Assembly: GCF_001447785.1 (NCBI RefSeq)
Contig: NW_015160230.1
Span: forward strand, 256,700-320,699
DNA from: Gekko japonicus
Taxonomy: Eukaryota
Direction: 5' to 3'
Length of the DNA: 64,000 bases
Shown here one piece after another: positions 23,501 through 35,500 of the stretch; positions within the stretch are counted from its first letter, which is position 1, and every line of letters begins with the position of its first letter. Position numbers and translations under genes: made by a program. A model generated the notes under the pieces. It did not search any database and was not told where the DNA came from. It was given only the letters and a program-made list of their open reading frames with translations.

Positions 23501-26500
23501 TCTCTCCTGCTGAACAGAAGAAGACCGTTGATGGAATGCACAGCCCATCAGACCACAGCAGCCTGTGTAGCCTCTGTGTAAAATTTTATGCCAGCTTTTA
23601 GCATTTGCTGTGCTCTGGGTGATGACTGGGTATATGTACTTGGCAGCGCTGTCTGTGCTGGATGCTGCTGGGGCAAGGACTAGTGGAGGTCACTGTCACC
23701 AACCACTGTCTCAACATCTGCCTACTCTAGACTCCTAAGGGCCCCAGCTGTTAGCAGTCATAGTGCCCTAAACACAGAGATTCAGAAGGTGGTGGTTTCC
23801 GTTTGATGGAGTCTCAAGAAGTCATTCTCTAATGAGGAGGCTGCTGATGGGGGTGAGCAGCTGGTGCAATTGTCACGGGCAGCTGCCTGCTTCAGTTAAT
23901 AAGCTTGGGACTGAAAGGGGCTGCTCAGGGAAATGGAAAGGCACAGGGGGGTGGGAGTGGATGCTGAGGGGGAGGAGCAGGGCTTTCAGTGTGCTGGAGG
24001 TGGGGAAGAAGGCAGTGGCCAAAGACTGGGAAGGCAGATTTCAAGGATCTAAGGCTCCACAGCAAGGAAGCTCAGAAGATCCCTTCCCTGCATTCCTTGC
24101 TTGCGCTGTCCTTTTGTGCTTGCATAAACCCCATTCTCCTGGGGAACTGTGGTTCAGTAGGTTTCCGGTCCTTTTTTTTCCCAAAAAGACATCATGCTGA
24201 ATCAGTACAACAGCAAGGCAGAAGGGGCTTAGCACGAGGATCTCCTGCCTGAATATGATGCTCTAGATCCAGAAACAGTTCCCTGGATTATTAGGGTTGA
24301 CCACAGGGAGGCTCATGCAGTGTAAGAAGGAAGTGCACCAGAGAGATTATGTCATAGCCATATAGACTCATGAATGGTGGTCTTATAGAGTAACTAGTGA
24401 CCTTGTACATATCTTGCTGATGAGCTGAGCTCTCCTAAATGCTTCTCTGCCTTTTGCAGTCACACCATTCTCAAAGAGTCCCTAGCCTTTCATCACATTT
24501 CTGAGAATGACAGGGGCCAATCAGAACTCTAACTGGTCACCAGGAGTTATTGTCACATGTTTAGAACACAGTGGACTAAGCCTAGGCTGGGAGGGCGGGG
24601 TATCTGATTAAATACATTAAAAAACAGTATTTTCCTTTGAAGAATGAAGTAATAACCACCTGAAGCTAGCCATAAACTCAGGGTATGCTGAAGACAATCT
24701 GATGACTACCAACAATGTGTTAGTTGATAGTATATTTTATACTACATAATTCACCATCCTTTTCTTTTGAGGCTTTAAAAAATTTCCCTTTGTCAGTGCC
24801 TCTTTATTTTTCCTGTCAGTCTAACTGGGTTAATGAGTGGTAGCAAGACAGAGCAATGTGATTGTGGTGAGCAGAACCTGGAGTGACCTTGCTGGATCCT
24901 CCCTCCAAGCTTGGAGCCTCTTATTGAAGTGCAGTTGGAGTCCAGTTGCCTGTTTCCACTTGGTGACTCTTTGGCTGGGATAGGGTGTTGGCCTTCCCAA
25001 CTCCTGGGAATGTTTCTGAGAACAGGCGTCAGCACCAATGAGCTGGATTGCCTGCGGCAGCTTCATCCGAGCACACAGCTTCTGTGCCAGCAGACAGTTA
25101 CCTCTACTGTGTGGTAGCACAGGGGGGGAGGGTGCCAGCTTCACAACACTTCCAGCCAGTGCCGTACTGGCAGTTTCTGCCCTAGAGCTCTCATCCTGTT
25201 ATAAAGGGGCAAGTGTCCCACAAAAAACCCCATGCCTTTCAACAAAGACATAAAATGGGGATCCAGGTTACCAGCATTGCTTGCCAGTGTTATTAGCTTA
25301 TCAGTGATAGCTTGTCAAAGGAAAGTTGCCTGTGATGAGTGTTATTGCCTCATGACCTGGAGGCCAGGAGCGTGCTGAAACACTGGGGTAGAGGAAGGGT
25401 GTGGTATTGCTGTTCCATAACAATCTGATGTTGCCCCACAACACCCACATTAACCATAAATCACGATGATTGTGGAAAAATGTGCATGGCTCTTTCTTTT
25501 TCCTGTCAAACATGCTTAGAATAGGAACTGCCCTCGTCATTACAATCTGGGATATTGGGAATGCTGAGTCAATTAACAATCAACTTCTTTTATGACACTG
25601 GGGAAACAGGTAGGGTGTATACCTGGCCTTCTCTTGCAATGTGAAGTCTCTGGGGTAGGTTGACTAAAAGTCAATAAAAATGGTATTTGGGGGGTTTCTG
25701 CTTTGTGGTGATTGACTCGTGTCAGAGTTAAAACCATCGTTCCACAATGCCTGTTTTTATGTGGAACTTCCCTGCATGTGTGTGTGTTTGTGTGTGATAC
25801 TTTAGTTTACAGACTATTCAGTTTTCGGTGTTTTTTTGTGGGGGGGGATGAAAATATATTTTAAAAAACACTGCCAACCCTGCCCCAAATGACAAGGTGG
25901 GTGGAGCATTGCCAAATGACACAGGCATTTCAGATTGTCAAAACCACAAAATTAAGCCATTTTCAGGGAGAAAAAAGGGGAGAACAGGTTTCAGAAAGAC
26001 CAGGACAACAAGGGATTGCTAACAATCCTGCGTGGAAATGAGGGGAATAAGACAGTAATAAAGGAAACGAAGCTGGAGTATTAAGGCTGTCTGGAAGACT
26101 CCTGAGGCTGCGTTACTGGAACAAGAAAGAGAGCTTGACTTGGTGAAGATGGGACACAGTCAGCACCACTGGCTGCTGCTTAGCTGTAAGAAACTTTGCT
26201 CACTGCAGTGCCTGCAGTGTTGGACTTGTTATGGGAAATTCTTTGTATTCCCCAGCCCAATACTGACCTTGAAGAACTCACTCTTCCTCAGGAAGCCGCT
26301 GTAAGCCGCCCTGAGCCCACTGGGGAGGGCGGGGTATAAATATGAAAAATAAATAAATAAACAAAAATATATGATACGAGGCTTGAGAGCTAATTTGAGA
26401 ATATAGATGTGACAAACATACACTGCAGCTGTGGTTCTGTGGCATGTGTCTGTTTGGGGCTGTGAGTGTTTTTGCAGAGTATGTTAGTGGGAGGAAATTT

Positions 26501-29500
26501 GCCACTATGTGCATCTCTGTGTGCACTGTGGGGGTCTCTGTGTGCATTGCAGGATGTTGCAGTAATTAGTGGGACTGGCAGGCAGACCTAAAAGTGGAGC
26601 TAATTGCTTTCATTCCAGAACAGCCATTGCTGTTATGATCACCTCGCTATCTTGCTGGATCAAGGATGATGAAATCTAAACCCAGGACTTTTTTCTCATG
26701 TGGTGCCTATTGATTCTCCCACAGTCTTGGCTCTATGCCACAGAGGCTTGTCTGAAGCCCTGATTTACACCAGTAGGCCCCGTATTACAATTCAGAATCA
26801 TTGGCTATAATCCTTCAGGTGCTGACTGTTCTGCGAACTCACCTGGATTCCTGTTGGTAATACTGATGGAAAGGAAAAGAAAGATTCCCCTATCATGAAT
26901 TTCTCACTGCTGCTTTGGTGTAGGAGAAAAGAGGTTGTGTCTCTCTTGCCTGTGGGTTATCTGAGGACACATCACTATATGGCAAAAAAAGGGGAAGTTA
27001 GTCTCTCAGGTTCACTGAATCCTTAGATTTCAGGTTAATTCTTACCTCATATTATCCCAAACATGTAAAAAGTCACTTATGGGAAGTCAGAATTTCCTCA
27101 AGGCAAACAATTGTGTGCCTCTGGCTGTTTATGTGCCACAAATAACTTAACTGATATGCATGAACAGATGTAAAATGTATTCTGCTAATAATATTTGTGC
27201 TGTATTATACAGTAGTTTTATTTTTTCATGTGCAGCCTCCTTTTATCCTTCCTCCCTGCCCCTGCCATTCAACCCCCAGCCCCACTTCTCAGCCCCAGCC
27301 CTATGGCATGAGTAATTATTTGAGCTGGGGTGGGAGCACCACTTCCCCCCTGTCTACCTGCCCCTTCTCCTCAATAGATATCTCCTGGCAGGCCTTCCAT
27401 CTCTCCCCATGGCCCACACTCCTGTCAAGCCTGGCCTCTCCCTGGCCTTGCCGTGGCCACGATTGCTGGCTGGTTTGGCTTCTTCCCTGGAAGCTTGTCC
27501 TTCCTTGGCATTTCCATTTCAACATCAGCACTAGGCAACTATTCTGGGGTGAGACATGTACTTAGCTGCTGTTGTCACCCAGGTCCCCTTCATGGAGGCT
27601 CTGGCTGTGCCTACAGGGGGCAAATGAGGTAAGAGGGTAGTGGGTGGGTCTCACTCGGCTCCTGTGGCCCCCGCCCCTGTCCTGGGGCGGTTGTGGCTGG
27701 TCCAGGTACTGCATATATTTAATCTAGGTAGCATGGATATGAGGAGATGGTTATTAACAACAGTATGATGAATGGATTCATGTAGCTTCATTTCATTTAG
27801 GGTTTGGCCTTCTCTGTTCCTGGGTTTGGATCTGAAGAACTTCTGCTGATGTTCATGAGCATTGATAGGAGTAGAAAGGGAATGATCCTTGTCTTCCCTC
27901 CTGTGTTGCCACTTTTTTTTTTTAACCCAAAGTGTCTGCAGACAAGGCACATACTGGAAAACATAGTTCTAAGTATCACAGTGCACTAATGCTGAGTGGA
28001 AACCTGTTTCAGCAACCCATCCATGGGAGGTGCCTGAGGACCACAGAAACAGCTGTATGAGTACTGGCAAGAGTACAGTACAATAATTATGATAGGCGAG
28101 TCTGTAATTAAGGAATCCATGTTATGTAATTACATAAAGCCAGATCACCGTCACTCTCTTCCTTGGGGAGAAACACCATGGATCTAGGGCTTGTTGACAT
28201 GGTATTTATTCATTTATATTTATTCTATTTTTATTGACATTCTGCCTTCCAAAAACAAAGATCCACAAAGACACAGTTCAAAACATTGTAAGAACAATGA
28301 AAAATTATCATTAACCATTTAAAAACATAAGATAGTCTTCTAATGAGCATCAGAAGAAAGAGTCTTGTCATGCTTCTCTGTACAGGATGTTCCACTGGTC
28401 TCTGGTAGAGCTGTTTGGAGAAAGAAGCAAGTGTGGTGCAGTGGTTAGAGCAGGGGTGTCAAACATACAGCCCACGGGCAGGATCCAGCCCCAATCTGGC
28501 CCGAGAGCAACTGGCTGTGTGCTGCTTCCTGCTTCCTGTTCCTTACATTGCAGCTCCTTCTGGCCAGTCTCTCCTAGTTTCTCCTTCAGAGGAGAGAGAA
28601 AAAACTTTCCTTCAATTGGCTGAGGGCTCCTCCCCCTCCCCCTCCTCTGGGGAGGGAGGGAGAGGAAAAGAACCAGAAAGGGGGGGGGGCATGGCATCCT
28701 GTGGAACTTTTAAGAAGACCAGCAATGTTTTATTCCAGGCATAAGGACACTTTTTCTTCAGCGAGAGGGAGGACGGGAGGGAGAGAGGCAGGGAGCCAGA
28801 GGGGACACATCAGAAAAAGAGAGAAAATGAGTCCTGTATTTAAGACCAAAAATGTTTTATTCCAGGTATGGGGGGGGGAGTCCTGTGTTTAAGACCAAAA
28901 AAAGTTTCATTCCAGGTATGGGGGGAGGAGTCCTGTGTTTAAGACCAAAAATGTTTTATTCCAAGTATGAGAGAGAGGAGGTGTGTCTCCATCCCATGAC
29001 ACTTGGAGAGATCCCCCCCCCTTTCCATTTCTAACAGATGGGTGGTGGTGGTGGGGGGAGAAACCTAACAGCACAGCTTGCATTCCTTATTAGTGAAAGG
29101 GAGCAAGAGTACAGTAGCACCTTTATGACTAACAACATTTGTGGCAGGGCATGAGCTTTCATGAATCACTGCTCACTTCTTCAGGTACAGCTGGAATGCG
29201 AGTCCATCTGTCCTTATATCTTGGAAAGTGAAGTGATTTCAGATGTCAAAAGACAATAGCAGGCATTGGTAATGAGAGAAGAAACCTAGGTTTCAGTGCA
29301 GTCCAGGAGTTTGCTTCTTGGGCTTAATGATCAATCGCAATTCAGCAGTCTCTCTTTCTAATCTCCCTTTGAAATTCCTTTGTAAGAGAACTGCTACTTT
29401 TAGGTCAGCAACTGGAAGGTTAAAATGTTCCCCCACTGGTTTTTGAATGTTGTGGTTTCTATTAGTGGTAGAAAGAGTAAGAGTCCAGTAGTACCTTTAA

Positions 29501-32500
29501 AGACTAACAAAATTGTGGTAGGGTATGTGCTTTTGTGAGTCACTCCTCACTTCTTCAGACTTATTTCCATTTATTCTTTGCATTCTCCTGGACTGAATCC
29601 TCCTATACCTAGGTTTCCTTTCTCATTACCAATGCTGATATCTCCACCCCTCTCCATATCACACCTAATCCAATCATGCTTACTATTGCCATTCAGCATT
29701 TGAAATCATCTTTATAAAGTTTATATATCCGGTACTTTGTGTTACATTTTATGGCACACATGGCTTGGCCCAACAAAGTGACATTTATGTCAGATCCGGC
29801 CCTTGTAAGAAATGAGTTCGACACCTCTGGGTTAGTGTGATGGAGTATGGCCCAATTTGGGCCATTCAAGCTGTCTTGCCTAACGTACTTCACAGGGTTG
29901 TTATGTGAATAAAATGAAGGAGAAGAAAACCAGGTATGCCACCCTGAGCTTCTTAGAGGAAGGGTTAGATAAAAATATACTATAAAGAATTTTCTTTGCC
30001 TGGGACTCTGAATTGCTCCACCTAGACACAGAAGACAATAATGGTCCAAATGGTCTTAGCCTGATTTGGTATAAGGCAGGTTCACATGCTCATATGGCCA
30101 GTAGAAAAAAGAAAAAGAAGGAAACAAGAAAAGTGGAGAAGCTATGGGGGTTTTCAGGGAAAGGAAAGAGGACATGATGGGGAGGAGGAAATAAGATGCC
30201 CCCCCGCACATCCTTACAGGTCCCCGCTTGTTTTTCTCTGTTCACAAGCATGACTTCCATCAGTTTCTGCCCTTTCTCAGACATCGTGCTAGTGGAAAGT
30301 ACTATCAAGCTGACTTATGGATGTTGTCAGGGGTCATTTCATAGAAAAAGAGCTAGGGGAACTCATTAGCATAACTCATTAGCATATACCACACCCCCTG
30401 ACATCACCGGAAGTGTGCCATAAGGCCACACCCCCTGACATCACCAGAAATGTGTCATAAAGCCACACACCCCGCCCCCAATGGTCCCGGCCGCCACCGC
30501 CGGCCTTGCAGCTCCACTGCCGAGCCCCATGAGGGGCCCGGCGGTGGACCTGCAAGGCCGTTGGGAGTGCAAGGAAGCCCCGCGAAGGCCCTCCCTGGCC
30601 CCAGGCAGGCAGGGGTGGGGAGAGGCAGGGAGGAAGCAACTTACCCTCCCTCTTCTCCTGCCTCCTCCTGGCTGAATGAGGGCCGGAAGCGGGGCGGCCG
30701 GAAGCAGGGAGCGGGGCTTCGTCATGTGCCCCGCCCCCCATACCTCACCCGGGGGAACTGTGTTCCCCCGCGATCCCCCCCGAAATGACCTCTGGATGTT
30801 GTGATTCAGAGGTGCATCTAGGAGTTCATGAGATTCTGGCAGCTGTTTATTTTCCCAAGAAAGAGACCCATAAAATGCACAAGGAGTTCAGAGAGCAGGA
30901 CATGTGTTTCTTTAGAGAGAGAACCATTTGATAACAAGGATGGTTGTTTTAAAACATGATCCCGGGTATGGAGTTGTGTGAGATGCGTACTCCAAAATGA
31001 TTGGAGGGAGCACCTTCCCATGTGGGGCAGATTCCCCTAATCTGGATTGGGAGAGGCTTCCTGCCAGCACAGGGCAGGAAGGATTTAAAAGGTTGTTAAT
31101 GTCTGTTAGTCTTTGTTCAAATGCTCTGTCCAAACGCTGGGAGCTGGATTCCTCTGCAAGAGGTGGGAGGGGGTTTGGAGGTGCATTTGTTCCACAGCCA
31201 GCCAGGCAAGGTTGTCAAAGGTAACTGTTCTGCATTGTTAAATTGTTGGTGTTGTTCAGTTGCACAGTCCAACTCATCGCGACCCTATGGACCACATCAC
31301 GCCAGGCCTTCCTGTCCTCTGTCATCCTCTGGAGTTTGCTTAACGTCATGTTCATTGCATCAATAACACTGCCAGGGGTGTCGAACTCACTGGAAATGTG
31401 TTATTTAAAGTTTAAAAAATCTTTAATTGTGTTTGTCTGTGTCCTTTATAAAAGTTTATATCTCTGCTACCTGGCATTACCTTTTATGACACACATGGCC
31501 CAGCCCAACAAGGTCTCATTTATGTCAGATCCGGCCCTCATAACAAATGAGTTTGACACCCCTGGAACCATCTCATCCTTTGCCGTCCCCTTCTTCTTTT
31601 ACCTTCAATCTTTCCCAGCATCAGGGTCTTCTCCAATGAGTGTTCCCTTCTCATTTAGTGGCCAAAGTATTTGAGCTTCAGCATCTGGCCTTCCAGGGAA
31701 CAGTCAGGGTTGATTTCTTTTAGGATTGACTGATTTGATCTCCTTGCAGTCTAAAGGACTCTCAAGAGACTTCTCCAGCACTATAATTTGAAAGCATCTA
31801 TTCTTTGGCTCTTGGCCTTCCTTATAGTCCAACTCTCGCAGTCATACATTGGGAATACCATTGCTTTCACCATACAGACTTTTGTTGGCAGGGTGATCTC
31901 TGCTTTTTATTATGCTGTCTAGGTTTGCCATCGCTTTCCTCCCAAGGAGCAGGCATCTTTTAATTTCATGGCTGCAGTCACCACCTGCAGTGATCTTAGA
32001 TTGCAGGAACTGTCAATGCTTCCGTGACTTCCCCTTCTGTTTGTCAAGGAGTGATGGGCCCGGATGCCATGATCTTAATTTTTTGCTGTTGAGTTTCAAG
32101 CCAGTTTTTGTGCTTTCCTCTTTCACCCTTAGCAAGAGGCTTTTGAGATCCTCTTCACTTTCTGCCATTAGAGTGGTATCGTCTGCATATCTGAGGTTGT
32201 TGATGTTTTCCCCAGCAATCTTAATTCCGGTTTGTGATTCACTGTCACTTCTTGATCCTTATATAGGTTTCTCAAGAGACATGTGAGGTGGTCTGGTACT
32301 CCCATCTCTTTAAGGACTTGCTATAGTTTGTTGTGATCCACACAATCAAAGGCTTTAGCATAGTCAATGAAGCAGATGTTTTTCTGGTACTCCTTTACTT
32401 TCTCCATAATCCAACTAATGTTGGCAATTTGATCTCTAGTTCCTCTACCTCTTTGAAACCCTGCTTGTACTTCTGGCAGTTCTCTATCCACGTACTGCTG

Positions 32501-35500
32501 AAGCCTAGCTTGTAGGATCTTGAGCATGACCTTACTAGTGTGTGAAATGAGTGCAATTGTGTGATAGTTTGAACATTCCTTGGCATTGCACTTTGGGATT
32601 AGAATGTAGACTGACCTTTTCCAATCCTGTGGACATTGTTGCATTTTCCAAATTTGCTGGCATATTGAGTACAGCACTTTAACAGCATCATCTTTTAAGA
32701 CTTTGAATAGCTCAGCTGGGATACCATCACTTCCACTAGCTTTGTTGTTAGTAATGCTTTCCAAGGCCCATTTGACTTCGCACTCCAGGATGTCTGGCTC
32801 GAGGTCAGTGATCACATCGTCATGGTAGGCAAGGACTTCTTGCATAGTTCTTCTGTGTATTCTTGCCATCTCTTCCTAATCTCTTCTGCTTCTGTTAGGT
32901 CCCTACCGTTTTTGTCCTTTATCTTGGCCAGCTTTTCCCCTTGATTTTTCAGTTTTCTTAAAGAGATCTCTAGTCCTTCCCATTCTGTTGTTTTCCTCTA
33001 TTACTTTGTATTGTTCATTCTGGAAAGGCTACTTATCTCTCCTTGCTGTTCTCTGGAAATCTGCATTCAGTTGGGTAAATCTTTCCTTTTCACCTTTGCC
33101 TTTCGCTTTCCTTCTTTCCTCTGCTATTTGTAAAGTCTCATCAGACAACCACTTTGCTTTCTTGCATTTCTTTTTCTTTGGGATGGTGCCGATTGCTGCC
33201 TCCTGTACGATGTCACAAACCTCCATCCATAGTTCTTCAGGCACTCTGTCTATCCAATATACTCCCTTAAACCTATTCTTCACCTCCACTGTATACTCAT
33301 AAGGAATGTGATCTAGGTCAAACCTGAGTGGCCTAGGGGTTTTCCCAACGTTCTTCAGTTTAAGCCTGAATTTTGCAATGAGTAACTCATGATCTGAGCC
33401 ACAGTCAGTTCCAGGTCTTGTTTTTACTTACTGTATAGTGCTTCTCCATCTTTGACTGCAAATGATATAATCAATCTGATTTCGGTGTTGCCCATCTGGT
33501 GATGTCCATATGTAGAGTCGCCTCGTAGGTTGTTGGAAGAGGGTGTTCGCTATGACCAGCGTGTTCTCTTGACAATACTGTTAGCCTTTGCCCGGCTTCA
33601 TTTTGTTCTCCAAGGCCAAACTTGTCCGTTATTCCAGTTACCTCTTGACTTCCTGCTTTAGCATTCCAGTCCCGTATGATGATATGGACATCTTTTTTTG
33701 GTGTTAGTGCTAGGAGGTGTTGTAGGTCTTCATAGAACCGGTCCACTTCAGCCTCTTCTGCGTCAGTGGTTGGGGCATAGACTTGGATTACTGTGATGTT
33801 GAATGGTTTGCCTTGGATTCGGACTGAGATCATTCTGTCGTTTTTGAGATTGTATCCCATTACTGCCTTTCGCACTTTCTTGTTGACTATAAAGGCCACA
33901 CCATTTTTTCTATGGAATTCTTGGGCACAGCTTGGACTAATATTTTATATTATTGTCATTACATCTGTAACCAGTAGGCATTCATAGCTATTTTCTCTGT
34001 CTGTGCTCTTGCTCAATCTCTATAGGAATAAAGTCTTTCCCTGTTTAAGAAAGCAGGATACAATTCAGCTCTTCCTCACAAGCACCTTAGATCACTTGCT
34101 CACACTTAGACATGTTAAACCAGGGCTCTTTTTGTAGAAAAAGCCCAGCAGGAACTCATTAGCATAATAGGCCACACCCAACACCAGAAACTCATTAGCA
34201 TATTAGGCCACACCCCTACCAGCACAGCTCATTAGCACATTAGGACGCACCCCCACATTACCAGTGTGGTCCTCCAGCCACACCCACCTTTTGCTTGTTA
34301 TTCTGTTTACCTTGTTTGTTGTCCCAGGGCTTTTTTTGTAGCAGGAACTCCTTTGCATGTTAGGCCACACACCCCTAATGTAGCCAATCCTAATGAGTTT
34401 CTGCTGTTGGGTGTGGCCTATTATGCTAATGAGTTCCTGCTGGGTGTGGCCAACTTGGGAGCCAGCCGGAACTCCGTTCCTGTGTGTTCCTGCCCAAAAA
34501 TAGCCCTATGTTAAACATGCATTCACAGGAGAAGGGTGGGATAGCTGGGAAACTCTGTCCTTTTTGCTTGCTCTGAGGCAGCCTTTGCCAGGGTTCCCCA
34601 AGACACTGCTATTGTGGGAGGCTGGATTTTAACTTGGGGTGGTGGCACAGCAAAGAGGAACATGCTTTACATGCCCACAAGCATGCAATACTCAGGTAAG
34701 AACCCATAGACCCAGGGTGGGTTTATGATAATGGCCACCCCCCTTCTTGTAGGGATTCAAGGCAAGGGGCATTCAGAAGTGGTTGCCGCTGCATAGCAAC
34801 TCTAGACTTCCTTGGTGGGCTCCCCATCCAAGTATCAACCAGGGCTGATCCTGCTTAGCTTCCAAGATCTGCTGAGACTGGAGTAGCCTGGGCCGTCCAG
34901 GGCAGGGCAGGTATCAGCCAGGTTTTTTTATACGCTCATCCTTTCTCCAGATCACCAGTTCCTTGATCAACCTTCCCCCAGCCACTCAGGCTGGTTTAAC
35001 ACCTGGCAGGAAAAAAGACAGGTGCCTGTATTATGCTTGTCCTTTCCCCCCTTACCTAAGCTAAAAGCAATAGGGAAGGGGAGTCAGGAGCTTGTTTTAG
35101 TTGTGGAGATAGGAGAGGGAAGGGGAGAAGAGTTAAAAATCCTCTGTCCCCAGAGCTACAGTGTGCCTGCTTTTTGTGGCTGTATTCCAGGAATCCCCAA
35201 AGACGCTCATTGTTTGACCCTTAGAGCTGCTTTTATATGTTTCTAGACAACAACTTTTTTAAAATTAATATGGTGCTTGGAAGTGCATGAATTTCAAGTT
35301 TTATTCAAAAGTGGGGCTTTAGTCCTTTCTAGAGTTGCCAACAGGTCAGGAGAAAAATATCATATTGCTTTATCAAAAGACCTCTATTAGCTTAATGTGT
35401 GGAAATGAGCAGCTGACGCGTTTCACCCTCTATAACAGCCCTCTGTAGGGACAGGACATTTTTTCCCTCCAGGCAGTTAGCAACCCTACTCCTTTCCTGA

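Noticed and set aside
24700-24735. CTGATGA followed by a weak stem, possible hammerhead
   Set aside because: No GAAA core or NUH and stem I follows. Other lone CTGANGA matches (e.g. 21640, 24418, 58646) fail in the same way.
28828-28970. Regular ~49-bp repeats resembling a CRISPR array
   Set aside because: Head-to-tail minisatellite with no unique spacers, inside a hAT element in a vertebrate intron, with no cas genes.
32321-33899. Functional reverse transcriptase or endonuclease gene
   Set aside because: Multiple frameshifts, stops and a deletion show a dead BovB copy. The same applies to the CR1 and L2 ORF fragments.
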